Below are positions 18,719-28,449 of a stretch of 64,000 bases of DNA, one piece after another (the stretch's first letter is position 1; every line of letters starts with the position of its first letter). This DNA is from Porphyridium purpureum. Its lineage: Eukaryota. The notes beneath the pieces were generated by a model that was not told where the DNA came from, did no database searches, and saw only the letters and a list, made by a program, of their open reading frames with translations. The DNA is taken from positions 558,001-622,000 of the forward strand of contig VRMN01000006.1 of the NCBI GenBank assembly GCA_008690995.1, given 5' to 3'. Made by a program: the position numbers and the translations under genes.

Positions 18719-20638
18719 ATGGGGGACTTGGATCTCAGCGCGTTCGTGCAGAACAAGACGGGCGTGCCATGCGGGCCCCTGTTCAGCAAGCAGACACAGG
18801 CGATTGTGTTCAATTACAAGAAGCAGCCCATCCAGCGCATGCTCGACTTTGACTTCGTGTGCGAGCGCGAGGCGCCGTCCGTGGCGGCGATTGTCGCGCC
18901 AGGCTCCCGCTCGGGCGGCTTCCAGAAGGCGTTTTTCGGCCGCTCGGAAATCGCGATCCCCGTGTACGGCTCTATTGCAGACGCCGCCGCCGCCCACCCA
19001 AAGGCAGACGTGCTCGTCAATTTCGCGTCCTACCGCTCCGCGTACGAATCCTCGGTCACTGCTGTGGAGGAGCCGTCCGTCAATGTCGTGGTCATCATTG
19101 CGGAGGGAATTCCGGAACGACAGGCAAAGCTGTTGATTCATATGGCGCGCAAGCGAGGCAAGACAATCATCGGACCGGCAACGGTGGGCGGCGTCCAGGC
19201 TGGCGCGTTCAAAATCGGCGATACCGCCGGTACATTGGACAACATCATCACGTGCAAGCTGCACCGCCCGGGCTCGGTCGGGTTTGTCAGCAAGTCTGGA
19301 GGTCTGTCCAATGAGATGTATAATGTTTTGTCACGAACCACGGACGGTTTGTACGAAGGAATTGCCGTGGGAGGCGACGCATACCCGGGAACAACGCTGA
19401 GCTACCATGTGGCGCGATTTCAGACGATGGACGAGGTAAAGATGATTGTCATTTTGGGCGAGCTGGGAGGCACGGACGAGTACGACGTGGTCAAGCTTAT
19501 GGAAGCCGGACTCATTACCAAGCCCGTGGTAGGCTGGGTGAGCGGCACGTGTGCCAAGTGGTTCAACTCGTCTGAGGTCCAGTTTGGACACGCAGGTGCC
19601 AAGTCTGGTTCGGCGGACGAAAGCGCAGAAGCCAAAAATGACGCGCTGCGCAAGGCAGGAGTGATTATTCCTCAGTCGTTTGAAGGACTTTCTGATTGCA
19701 TCGACGCTACCTTCAAAAAGCTTGTGGCTGAAGGTAAGCATGTACCTGTGCCAGAGCGAGAGCCGCGAACGTTGCCCAAGGACTTTGGCTCGGCTTTGAA
19801 GCAAGGCGAGCTTCGCGTAAGCACGAACATTGTGTGTACCACGACTGATGACCGTGGCGAGGAGCCAAAGTACTGTGGCGTGCCCATTTCGGACATTATT
19901 CAGGACAATTATTCGATCGGGGAGGTTATTTCGCTCCTTTGGTTCAAGACGCTTCTTCCTCAGTGGGCGACTAAATTCATGGAAATCGTGCTTGTCACTG
20001 CTGCTGACCATGGTCCCAATGTCTCTGGCGCGCACAATACGATTGTGACCGCGCGCGCAGGGAGAGACCTTGGTGCGAGCTTGTGCTCTGGGCTGCTCAC
20101 GATTGGACCCCGGTTTGGCGGGGCCGTGGACATGGCCGCCATTAACTTTAAGCATTTTTGCGACGCGAAGATATCACCGCCAGACTTTGTCGAGACGCTC
20201 AAAAAGAAAGGGCAGCGTGTGGAGGGCATTGGTCATCGTATCAAGACTGCCGAAAACCGTGACAAGCGTGTCGAGCTTTTGAGCGCGTACGCAAAGGAAA
20301 CCTTTCCGAGCATCAAATATCTTGAGTACGCGCAGCAAGTAGAGGCGTACACACTGCAAAAGGCAAACAATCTGGTGCTAAATATTGACGGATGCATTGG
20401 TGCCTTGTTCGTGGACATGCTCTCAAGTTGTGGAGAATTCAACGAGGAAGAGGTGCAGGAGATTCTCGAGCTGGGCGCTTTGAACGGGATTTTTATTCTT
20501 TCTCGATCGATTGGGCTCATTGGACACGCACTTGATCAGAAGCGTATGCGCCAGCCTTTGTACAGACACCCTCAGGAAGATGTGCTCTACATTGCAAGCG
20601 ATGCCCCTCCTCGTGGTGGGCGCAAGACGCAAGAATGA
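18719..20638 (+). CDS. ATP-citrate lyase, catalytic-His subunit (plant ACLB-type)
   Basis: QRMLDFDF, IIAEGIPE, IGPATVGG, SKSGGLSNE, QFGHAGA (phospho-His), DHGPNVSGAHN, GIGHRIK, LNIDGCI, DQKR..QPLYRHP. Confidence 0.97.
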   Translation: MGDLDLSAFVQNKTGVPCGPLFSKQTQAIVFNYKKQPIQRMLDFDFVCEREAPSVAAIVAPGSRSGGFQKAFFGRSEIAIPVYGSIADAAAAHPKADVLVNFASYRSAYESSVTAVEEPSVNVVVIIAEGIPERQAKLLIHMARKRGKTIIGPATVGGVQAGAFKIGDTAGTLDNIITCKLHRPGSVGFVSKSGGLSNEMYNVLSRTTDGLYEGIAVGGDAYPGTTLSYHVARFQTMDEVKMIVILGELGGTDEYDVVKLMEAGLITKPVVGWVSGTCAKWFNSSEVQFGHAGAKSGSADESAEAKNDALRKAGVIIPQSFEGLSDCIDATFKKLVAEGKHVPVPEREPRTLPKDFGSALKQGELRVSTNIVCTTTDDRGEEPKYCGVPISDIIQDNYSIGEVISLLWFKTLLPQWATKFMEIVLVTAADHGPNVSGAHNTIVTARAGRDLGASLCSGLLTIGPRFGGAVDMAAINFKHFCDAKISPPDFVETLKKKGQRVEGIGHRIKTAENRDKRVELLSAYAKETFPSIKYLEYAQQVEAYTLQKANNLVLNIDGCIGALFVDMLSSCGEFNEEEVQEILELGALNGIFILSRSIGLIGHALDQKRMRQPLYRHPQEDVLYIASDAPPRGGRKTQE

Positions 20639-21165
20639 TCAAGGAGCGTGCCGTGGAGAAGGGTTGCAGCATGCGTAGACAGAGTGGACGGTAGCCGGAC
20701 AATGAGGAGGTAAAGACGCGGGGCTTCATGCGAAGCATGACTGTTTGAACAAGTACTCACCTTTCACACATGGCTGCGGAAGGAAACACTGAATGAAATC
20801 AGCAAACCAGTGCACACACACACAAGCACACACAGATGTCCCTCCCTTTTTCGCTTCTGGTTGCGTTCAGCATCTGCCGAATCGTGGCGCGGTCTCGTTC
20901 ACTCGTGCTCAAGCGTTCACCGAATCCAACGATGACGCAAGCTGATGATGATGGCTGTTCATCTCACCATCCACGTAATCAATCCTCAGAGACCTCAGAT
21001 GCGATGCCCCGATCGGATCACCAAGAACAACTTTGCTACGCGGAACACGAGTGGTGCATGCGAGCGACGATGTGGTCCGAAGACCGAACGAGTCCATCAA
21101 ACATCAGTCGAGCCATGGAGACTTCCCTGGTTATCCTGCGGCGTACACTCAATTCTGTGCACGAG

Positions 21166-22500
21166 TTAACGTTGTCGATACGATCTCCTCCCGAACTCAT
21201 CAACGGCTTCCAAGTAAAACGTGCTCTCGACGGGCTCGGCGAGCCCACTGACTGGATGATATGGCCGCTCTCTCCATGCTTGCTCTCTCCGTTGCATGGC
21301 CTTTGTAAATTGTTCCGGACTGCACACGACACGTTTCTCCAACAGAGCCTGTAGTGATGGTTCTCCATGGTCCCGCTGCGGGCGCATCAGAGCTGAGCGA
21401 ATTTTCAGCGAGTACATGCACGACGCAAATCCAGAGCCGAACGAATACAATAAGATACGACACCCTGGCACCGCGCGCTGAGATTCCAATGCGGCGGCGA
21501 GTGAAATGTACAGGGATGCTGTGTAGCAGTTCCCAATGCGCTTGGCAACCCATGCGCCAGCGTGTACTTTTTGCTCGTACATAGTCTTGGTCGACTCTAG
21601 GTATTTGTGCTGGGTGGCACGATCCCAGCACTCTTTGTTGGTACCCGCGTGCTCAGCGAGGGAACCATTGTCTTCCAGGAACGCCAACCGCGCGACCGAC
21701 TTGCGCACCAGCTTGTTGAATGGCGCATGGAAGAGCAAGAAATCGACGTCGCTCCCAACATCAAAGGGCCGGCCGAGAAACTTTTCTGCCCTTTGTCTGA
21801 AGCGTCCGTAGCAAGTATCTAGAGCGTTGAAGAAGCATGAAAGGGTTTCTTCTCCGAACAGGATCGGGTACTCGCTCGTATCCCCGACCGGTTTGTAAAA
21901 GTCGTACGAATGGCCCATCCAGGTCGATCTGAGCGCTGGTTCCAGCACTAGAGCTGCGTTAGGTGCGATGAGCAATGCCACTGCGCCCGCGCCTCCTGTG
22001 CAGCGCGCCGGGCCCGGCGCGTACGTTGCGATATCCGCGCACACCACGATGCCAAGCCGGCCATCCCACAACGAGCTCTCCATCCACGCCACCGTGTTGA
22101 ACAGCGCAGCCGTGCCACCGTAGCAAGCATTCGTGCAGTCCAGTCCGTCGACTTCACCGTTCCCGGACGCTTCAAACAGCGACATGATCACGCTCTTGAC
22201 CGACTTGCTTCGATCGACCGCTGACTCCGTCCCGACCTCGACGCGCCCCACCATTTTCGGGTCGATCCCGTACCGCTCCAGCAGCTGGCTCACCACCGTC
22301 AGACTCAGAGAATGCACGTCCTCATTATCATCACAAAAATGCATGCTTTCCTGCCCGAGCCCCGTCACATACTTGCCAGATGACGCCGCGTCGAACCGCT
22401 CCAGCTCTTGCATCTGCACGCACAGCCGAGGAACATACACTTGTACCGCTTGAATCCCGACATATTTTGCCCCACCTTGTGGTATACCTCCTGTTTCCAT
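21166..22500 (-). CDS. HMGS: Hydroxymethylglutaryl-CoA synthase
   Basis: GKY..GLGQ, VGTES..DRSKSVK, NACYGGTAALFN (catalytic Cys), YDFYKP, FHAPF.KLV.K, GNCYTASLY, SFGSG. Confidence 0.96.
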   Translation of the reverse strand: METGGIPQGGAKYVGIQAVQVYVPRLCVQMQELERFDAASSGKYVTGLGQESMHFCDDNEDVHSLSLTVVSQLLERYGIDPKMVGRVEVGTESAVDRSKSVKSVIMSLFEASGNGEVDGLDCTNACYGGTAALFNTVAWMESSLWDGRLGIVVCADIATYAPGPARCTGGAGAVALLIAPNAALVLEPALRSTWMGHSYDFYKPVGDTSEYPILFGEETLSCFFNALDTCYGRFRQRAEKFLGRPFDVGSDVDFLLFHAPFNKLVRKSVARLAFLEDNGSLAEHAGTNKECWDRATQHKYLESTKTMYEQKVHAGAWVAKRIGNCYTASLYISLAAALESQRAVPGCRILLYSFGSGFASCMYSLKIRSALMRPQRDHGEPSLQALLEKRVVCSPEQFTKAMQRREQAWRERPYHPVSGLAEPVESTFYLEAVDEFGRRSYRQR

Positions 22501-22809
22501 GGCAGGCGCACCAATCGTGTTTCTCGGAAGCGTCTCAACACGTGTCTATCCGTGGCATGGTGCCTCGACAACCTCTCTCTTCCTTCGTTTCTGTCTTCGC
22601 ACACACGCTCTTGCGATGCACGCGCCGCCCCATTTCGCTTATCGGTTTCTCTCACTCTGATTCATTAGCCGTTCAAACCATTAACTTCCTCGCCCGCACT
22701 GTACCTCCATCGCACTTTTTCAAACATTCGAAAACGTGCGGCAGGGTGGACAGCTTGGGAGCAGAGGCAACCGAGTGGAGACTAGTTTGCGGCATGTTGT
22801 GCGGCGTGA

Positions 22810-24252
22810 ATGCGCGGCATGGAGGCCCACGCTGGGGCCGCTGCAAGTATGCTTGAATCTCCGCTGGCTCCGGATGATGCCGTCCTTCTTTCGGGAGAGA
22901 AACATGATGCAGCGGGCGAATGGAGCCTGCTCGACTTTGAGCTGCGGACGAAGCTCGGCCATGGGGCGTTTGGGGTTGTGTATGAGGCAGCGGTGTGTGC
23001 GCAGAGTCTGGTGAAAGCTGAGCAGAGGCATTGGCCGCTTGTGAATGCGTGTGTGGCGCTTAAAGTGATTCCACGACACCCACAGAGCGCCGGACGCACG
23101 CCGAGCCGTACGAAGGACGTTGAGCAATATGAATATGCGCGTCGAGTACAGGAAGAGATCGATATTCATAGCGTTATACCGCCCCATCCAAATGTTGTGT
23201 CCTACCTGGCTTCGTTTCAAGATGAGACGAGCATCTACTTGGTCCTGGAACTGTGCAGTGGCGGGTCGGTACAAAGCTACCTCGATGCTCTTTTGCCACC
23301 TGTGCGGACACATCAGCTGCAGCCGAATCACGACACCGAGACTGAAAGGCAGTTGGCCAACTACTGGCGGGATCTTGTGAGCGGCGTGGCGTTTTTGCAT
23401 CGATGCTGTGTCGTACATCGCGACCTCAAGCTGTCCAACCTGCTAATTGACCATCAAGGCACACTCAAGATTGCCGACTTTGGGTCGGCCGCATTTCTGT
23501 ACTCTTCGCAAGACCGCCGCTTTACGCTCGTGGGCACACCAGGGTATATCTCTCCAGAGATCCGTGACGGATATGGGCACGGGTTTGGGTGCGACCTGTA
23601 CTCGATCGGGTGCGTTCTTCATGCGCTCTGGACACGGGGCGAACCGCCCAGCGAAACTGACGCACAGTATACGATTCAGGTGGCCCTTCCAGGCTCTGTG
23701 CGGAGTACCATGTGCGCTCTTTTACAGCCGGATGCAGCACAACGACCAACCGCCGAGCAATTACTTTGCGAACTGGAGCCAAGTCGGAACGGTCATCAGA
23801 AGCACGTGAAAGTACCACTGAGAGACGTCACTGCAGACGTGGCAAACACGCAGAATAGGAACTCTTCTACAGCCACTCGCGACACGCAGTCGTGCTCGTC
23901 TATCGACCCAACCGCTGTGCGCTTGGGCAGCGACGGGGTGGTGGCCATACCAGGTTTGGGATGGGCGTCCCGGCTGAAGAGGGGAGATATTTGGCTCGGG
24001 ATCGATGGCCCCATGGCGGTTTCAGTCGTGGTCTCAGCGAATGGCAAGTATATGACCTTCTTCGCGGGTGCGGATGTGGACGCTCACGGAGTGCCGGTGT
24101 GGATTCCTGAGCTGGACACCCGTTTCAGAATACGTGACCTGCTGTGTTGTCCGGACGCGCCGCTTCGAGAATTCGTGTCGCAGCGGTTGAAAGCCGTCAA
24201 GCTGTTCAGCCGAAACTTGACGTATCAGCTCAGTACTGATGAGCGCTCATGA
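22810..24252 (+). CDS. Ser/Thr protein kinase, Polo-like (PLK4/SAK-like) with a single C-terminal polo-box-like domain
   Basis: LGHGAFG.VY, VALK, RV.EEI.IH, YLVLELC, HRDLKLSNLLI, KIADFG, T..GTP.YISPE, HG...D..SIG; C-terminal IPGLGWASRL..GDIW. Kinase call is strong, subfamily moderate. Confidence 0.85.
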   Translation: MRGMEAHAGAAASMLESPLAPDDAVLLSGEKHDAAGEWSLLDFELRTKLGHGAFGVVYEAAVCAQSLVKAEQRHWPLVNACVALKVIPRHPQSAGRTPSRTKDVEQYEYARRVQEEIDIHSVIPPHPNVVSYLASFQDETSIYLVLELCSGGSVQSYLDALLPPVRTHQLQPNHDTETERQLANYWRDLVSGVAFLHRCCVVHRDLKLSNLLIDHQGTLKIADFGSAAFLYSSQDRRFTLVGTPGYISPEIRDGYGHGFGCDLYSIGCVLHALWTRGEPPSETDAQYTIQVALPGSVRSTMCALLQPDAAQRPTAEQLLCELEPSRNGHQKHVKVPLRDVTADVANTQNRNSSTATRDTQSCSSIDPTAVRLGSDGVVAIPGLGWASRLKRGDIWLGIDGPMAVSVVVSANGKYMTFFAGADVDAHGVPVWIPELDTRFRIRDLLCCPDAPLREFVSQRLKAVKLFSRNLTYQLSTDERS

Positions 24253-24458
24253 TCGCGCCCGGCGTCTCTGACGCGGGCCATGTAATACTGCAAAACTTGT
24301 ATATTTAGTTGAAGACATTCACATGTTTGCCACGAAAAGCATGGCACAAGGCTCCGCGGAACGCAACCATCGCATTGGTATGCAGTCATGACACAGCCAG
24401 TGCACGACTTTACGCGTCTCCTGCCATAGTTAAATAAATGGGACTCCGCAAGTCCCGC

Positions 24459-25721
24459 TCAAGAACCGACGTGCACTTTGATGCTTTGACCTTGGCGTGA
24501 GCAGCATGACATCAGACACTGCCTTCCATCCTCCGACTCGCATTGGTCGCACATGCGGAACCAAGGATGCTCCAGAAGCTCGCGCGCGCTGGGGCGCTGA
24601 CTCGGATCGAACTGGAGCATTCGCGAGACCAGGTCGCGTCCCTCGGCTGAGACGTCGACCCACTCATCTTCCCAAATCTTGACGCCCATGCGTACCTGCG
24701 CAATTAGCCGGCTGATGCTTCCTGTCAAAGAGTACGGCAGCTTTTTCAGCAGCAGCAGGTACGCAATGATACCGATGGCCCAAATGTCACACGCGGCATA
24801 GTTGAAAATGCGGCGAAAGATAACTTCTGGCGCTGCGTAGAACGCTGTCCCCACGCTCCCCTCGCGGTAGATTTGGAAGCTCGACTTGGCCTTTGGGTCA
24901 AACAGGCACGCGCTGCCGAAATCGAGTAGCCGCAAGCCATGCGGGTCTGCCGGGCTACTTGCAAACATCAAGTTTTCGGGTTTGATGTCACGATGCGCGA
25001 CGCCGTTCTCGTGCAGTGTCCTTACAGCAAGAAGAATATGGCGCAAAACCCGCGACGTCGCCTTTTCCGTACTAAATGCATTATTCACCATGCTGTTGTG
25101 GAGCTCGCCGCCGCTCATTTTCTCCATAACCAAGTAGACTGACATGGCATCCTCCCAGACCTCGTACACTTTGACCAGGCCGTGAGTGATGGCGCCCGGG
25201 CCCAGGCTCCATGTAAGATCATGCACGCGGCATTCGGTGAGAATGTCGCTCACTAGCGTGCACGACTTATCCACCACCTTGACGGCAACCACATCGGGTG
25301 CCACTGCCGCCGCCGTGCGGGCCGTATCGCGTGGCGCGTACGAGCTCCTCACGGCCGAATAGACTGCTGCCGTCGCGCCCTTGCCGAGGCACTTTTCCAG
25401 TGCCCAGAACTCGTGAATATTTCCCTCGCACAGCAAGCCGCACGTCTCGCGGCTCAGCACAGGCGCCGCGGCCTTGACCATGCCTTCCAGCCGCTCTGCT
25501 TTTGCTTGTTGCTGGTGCTGGTGTTGCAGCTGGAGCTGCTGCTCGCGCTGCTGATGCGTCTCCGGATGCTGCTCTTGTTGACACTGCCTCACTTCACTGT
25601 ACAGCGCTCCCACGCTCGCGTCTACAAACTGCGCGCCGTTCTCTTCCTCGCACTCATGCTCCTCCTCCCTGTGTACCGGCCGCACATGCTGTCGCAACGA
25701 CATTCGCCGGTCATACCTCAT
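24459..25721 (-). CDS. CAMK-group Ser/Thr protein kinase
   Basis: LGKGATA.V, VAVK, MEKMSGGEL, HRDIKPEN, DFG, GTAFYAAPE, DIWAIG, W..VS.EGRDL...ML..DP..RPSA..LL.HPW. Q-rich N-terminus; start uncertain. Confidence 0.9.
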   Translation of the reverse strand: MRYDRRMSLRQHVRPVHREEEHECEEENGAQFVDASVGALYSEVRQCQQEQHPETHQQREQQLQLQHQHQQQAKAERLEGMVKAAAPVLSRETCGLLCEGNIHEFWALEKCLGKGATAAVYSAVRSSYAPRDTARTAAAVAPDVVAVKVVDKSCTLVSDILTECRVHDLTWSLGPGAITHGLVKVYEVWEDAMSVYLVMEKMSGGELHNSMVNNAFSTEKATSRVLRHILLAVRTLHENGVAHRDIKPENLMFASSPADPHGLRLLDFGSACLFDPKAKSSFQIYREGSVGTAFYAAPEVIFRRIFNYAACDIWAIGIIAYLLLLKKLPYSLTGSISRLIAQVRMGVKIWEDEWVDVSAEGRDLVSRMLQFDPSQRPSARELLEHPWFRMCDQCESEDGRQCLMSCCSRQGQSIKVHVGS

Positions 25722-26626
25722 CCCAATCACAGCGCCCCACAATCCGGCAAGTCCCTCTCTCTTCCTTCCTTCCTTTAACCCTCTTCGGGTTACAACAACG
25801 CTGGGCTAGAAAACGGCGAGCGCCGCGCAACGTTGACGGGCGCACGCGGAAGTTGCTTTCACGCGCTCTTCGCGCAACCACCACTGACAACCAGCCACAC
25901 AAAGACACACCCACACACACTCTCTCTCTTTCACTCCCACCTCTATTACAACCTTATTCACCTTCCTGCCTGGACACATTCTGACGTGACCACCCGCTCA
26001 ACAACCCCCCCCGATAAAGAAATAAAATAATAAAATAATTCATCAATTAATAATTATCAATTAAAAATAGAATCCGTGCCAAACATATCACAAAACGGCA
26101 TGAAAACGTCGGGACGGAAACACAGTGCGTGTTGCGCACTGTACACTACTGCGTTTGTGGTGCAGGTTGGGCGTACACCAACACCGCGAGGGTGTCTATT
26201 AAAACGGGCGTGTTTTACTAGAACATGATGAATGGAGGTACTGAGAGGTACAGTTTGTGCAGAAGTGGGCGGCGGTGTATGAGACGTGTATGTTTTGGGG
26301 TGGTTGGGGTATTCGGACGACGCGCTGAGATTGCACGTGGCGGTTTGGGCGCGCGCCAGTGGTCTGTGTGGAATGCGGACGCGTGAAGCGTCGAAAGTGC
26401 GTCATGAGTGTCGGTTCTGCCAGTTTCACGCGGTTTACATGTCGGCTAAGTTTAGCGTGTCCGGTAGCTGGAAATGGTCAGCCGCCCAGCGCATCGGGCT
26501 CGCGTGCAACTCACGATGGTGATATGCGCTGCTTGCCGCGCGCGGTAGAAACCGCGACGTGGGGCGAGCAATGGCGGCCCACTCGCGCGTGCGCACGGTT
26601 GCGAAGCGTCTTCGTCATGTCGTCGT

Positions 26627-28150
26627 CTAAGAACGTGGGATGTACTGCACAGAAGAATAGGTTGGAAACTGTTCTTGCCACCTAGTACGCGCCCTGCCAC
26701 TGGCCGTAGACGCCGTGGTCGCGCCCGCTTCCTCCACCGCCACCACCGCCGCCGCCACCGCCGCGCCCGCCCGCCGGGATCCGCCGCGCCACTGCTTACC
26801 GCCCCGCTGGTTGTCGCCGTACCCGCCGTCGCGCCGGTCGTACCCGTTCACCAGGCCGTTTGTTCTAAGCGTCAGGTTCTTCGTCAAGTCGGTCACCTGC
26901 TCGTACACGCTTGGCGTGCTCATCCGCATCAGTACCTGGTTCTTCTCCGAGTCAATCTTTGCATCGAGCTTGGCGTTACGCACCAGGTTCACGACCCACC
27001 GCTCCGCGGACTCACGGTCCATGTTGAGCTTGCTCGCCAACATGTCGATATCAATGCATTGGTGTATGCGACAATAAGTCTCGAAAATGGTGAGTCGCGC
27101 GTTTTCCACAAACTCGTCCACAACACCCACCAAAAAGTAGTCATGCTTGAGCGTCTCCTCGCATCTTTTCAGAGTGTCTTGCGCTCCTTCAAAGTCAAAG
27201 TTGACATACAAGCACTCCACAAACTGCGTGATGGGGTCTTGATAATTGTGCAGCTCCTCCTTGACGACGCGGATCAAATCCTTCAGAATGCCGCGCCGTC
27301 CCTTGTTGACTATCACCACCGCAGTCAAGTAGCGCAAGATATGCGGACAATTGGTCTGGATCGTGTTCAAATACGCGTCCGACAAGAACATATCTATCAT
27401 TTGGCTAGGGCCTTCCGGATGGCCGAAGAAAACAAAGAGCGACCAGTGGATCAGCCACGTGCGCTGCTGCAAGATTTGCAGCGGGTTCAGCGCCAGGTCT
27501 GAGCTCGGCCGAGTGCCCGCCTGACCATCAATCACTTCACGGATGGCGGCAATATCTTCGAGCGCCAAATCCCACTCACCATTAAGTATGCTGGCCGCGA
27601 GCTTTCCCCACAGCGCGTAGAACTCCCTTTCCGGATTCACACCATTGCTGAGAATGCGGTACACAGACAGGTAGTCTGCTGCGCTCAAGTAGTCGCCCAC
27701 GTCGAACTGAAATTTCGCATAGTCGTACAGCGACTCGAGCACGTCCCGCGTGATCCCATAGCGCTCGCCGAGCGTTTCCATGTTGAACTGGTTGGAATCC
27801 CTTAGTTCTTGCACCAGCGCGTCGTCACCCATCACCCTAAACAGGGGCTCGCATTCCTCCTGCAGCGTCTGCAGCACCACCAGCACCTTGCCTCGATGTT
27901 TGAGCATTTCTTGCGGCGGCTCCGCGCCGTCGTGCAACTGCTTGTAGATATCCATGGCAAAATCGACCATGTTTGTCTTTTCGAGGAGATCCAGCTTTGC
28001 CCTGAGCAAATCCTTGACGTCAAACTGGCCCTCCATGCTGGGATGGCCCTCCATAAACTCCACCAATGGAAACACCAGATGCCGATCCAAGTACTGTGCC
28101 AGCACCGGCGTCAAATCATTCTGACTCGTCGCCATGCCGGGCACCGCCAT
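26627..28150 (-). CDS. eIF3e: Translation initiation factor 3 subunit E; true stop may be 26682 (apparent frameshift near 26770)
   Basis: LDRHLVFPL.EF, TNMVDFA, LWGKLA, LQQRTWLIHWSLFVFF, PHILRYL, FVENARL.IFETYCRIH, LDAKID (PCI domain). Confidence 0.97.
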   Translation of the reverse strand: MAVPGMATSQNDLTPVLAQYLDRHLVFPLVEFMEGHPSMEGQFDVKDLLRAKLDLLEKTNMVDFAMDIYKQLHDGAEPPQEMLKHRGKVLVVLQTLQEECEPLFRVMGDDALVQELRDSNQFNMETLGERYGITRDVLESLYDYAKFQFDVGDYLSAADYLSVYRILSNGVNPEREFYALWGKLAASILNGEWDLALEDIAAIREVIDGQAGTRPSSDLALNPLQILQQRTWLIHWSLFVFFGHPEGPSQMIDMFLSDAYLNTIQTNCPHILRYLTAVVIVNKGRRGILKDLIRVVKEELHNYQDPITQFVECLYVNFDFEGAQDTLKRCEETLKHDYFLVGVVDEFVENARLTIFETYCRIHQCIDIDMLASKLNMDRESAERWVVNLVRNAKLDAKIDSEKNQVLMRMSTPSVYEQVTDLTKNLTLRTNGLVNGYDRRDGGYGDNQRGGKQWRGGSRRAGAAVAAAVVAVEEAGATTASTASGRARTRWQEQFPTYSSVQYIPRS

Positions 28151-28340
28151 CCGCTATGCCAAACAAGCGCTACTCGTGTGCGCGCCGGGTGCGCTTTCCC
28201 TTTCAACGCGCGTCCTCTCCCTGCGTGCCGCCGCTTTGCGGTGACGCAGCCTCGCTCGTTCTCCTTTCTTCCTCTTCCTCCTCCTCGGTGCACCGGCCGG
28301 GCAAAACCGACTCGCTGCGTGTGGCGGTACAGTCCCGTTC

Positions 28341-28390
28341 TAGGGTTAGTTAGAATGAGGGTTATGACTTGGTTAGATTGAGGGTTTAGG
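28341..28390. promoter_or_regulatory. Degenerate telo-box cluster between divergent eIF3e and RNase Z-like genes
   Basis: TAGGGTTAG (28341), TGAGGGTTA (28356), GAGGGTTTAGG (28380). Confidence 0.4.
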
Positions 28391-28449
28391 AAAGCGCCCA
28401 CTTGACGTGGTCGACCGCTTAGGAGAGACGAGAAGGGCGAGTTGGCAGT

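Noticed and set aside
20836..21354. 172-aa plus-strand ORF
   Set aside because: Overlaps the 3' end of HMGS antisense and lies in convergent UTR space; no motifs.
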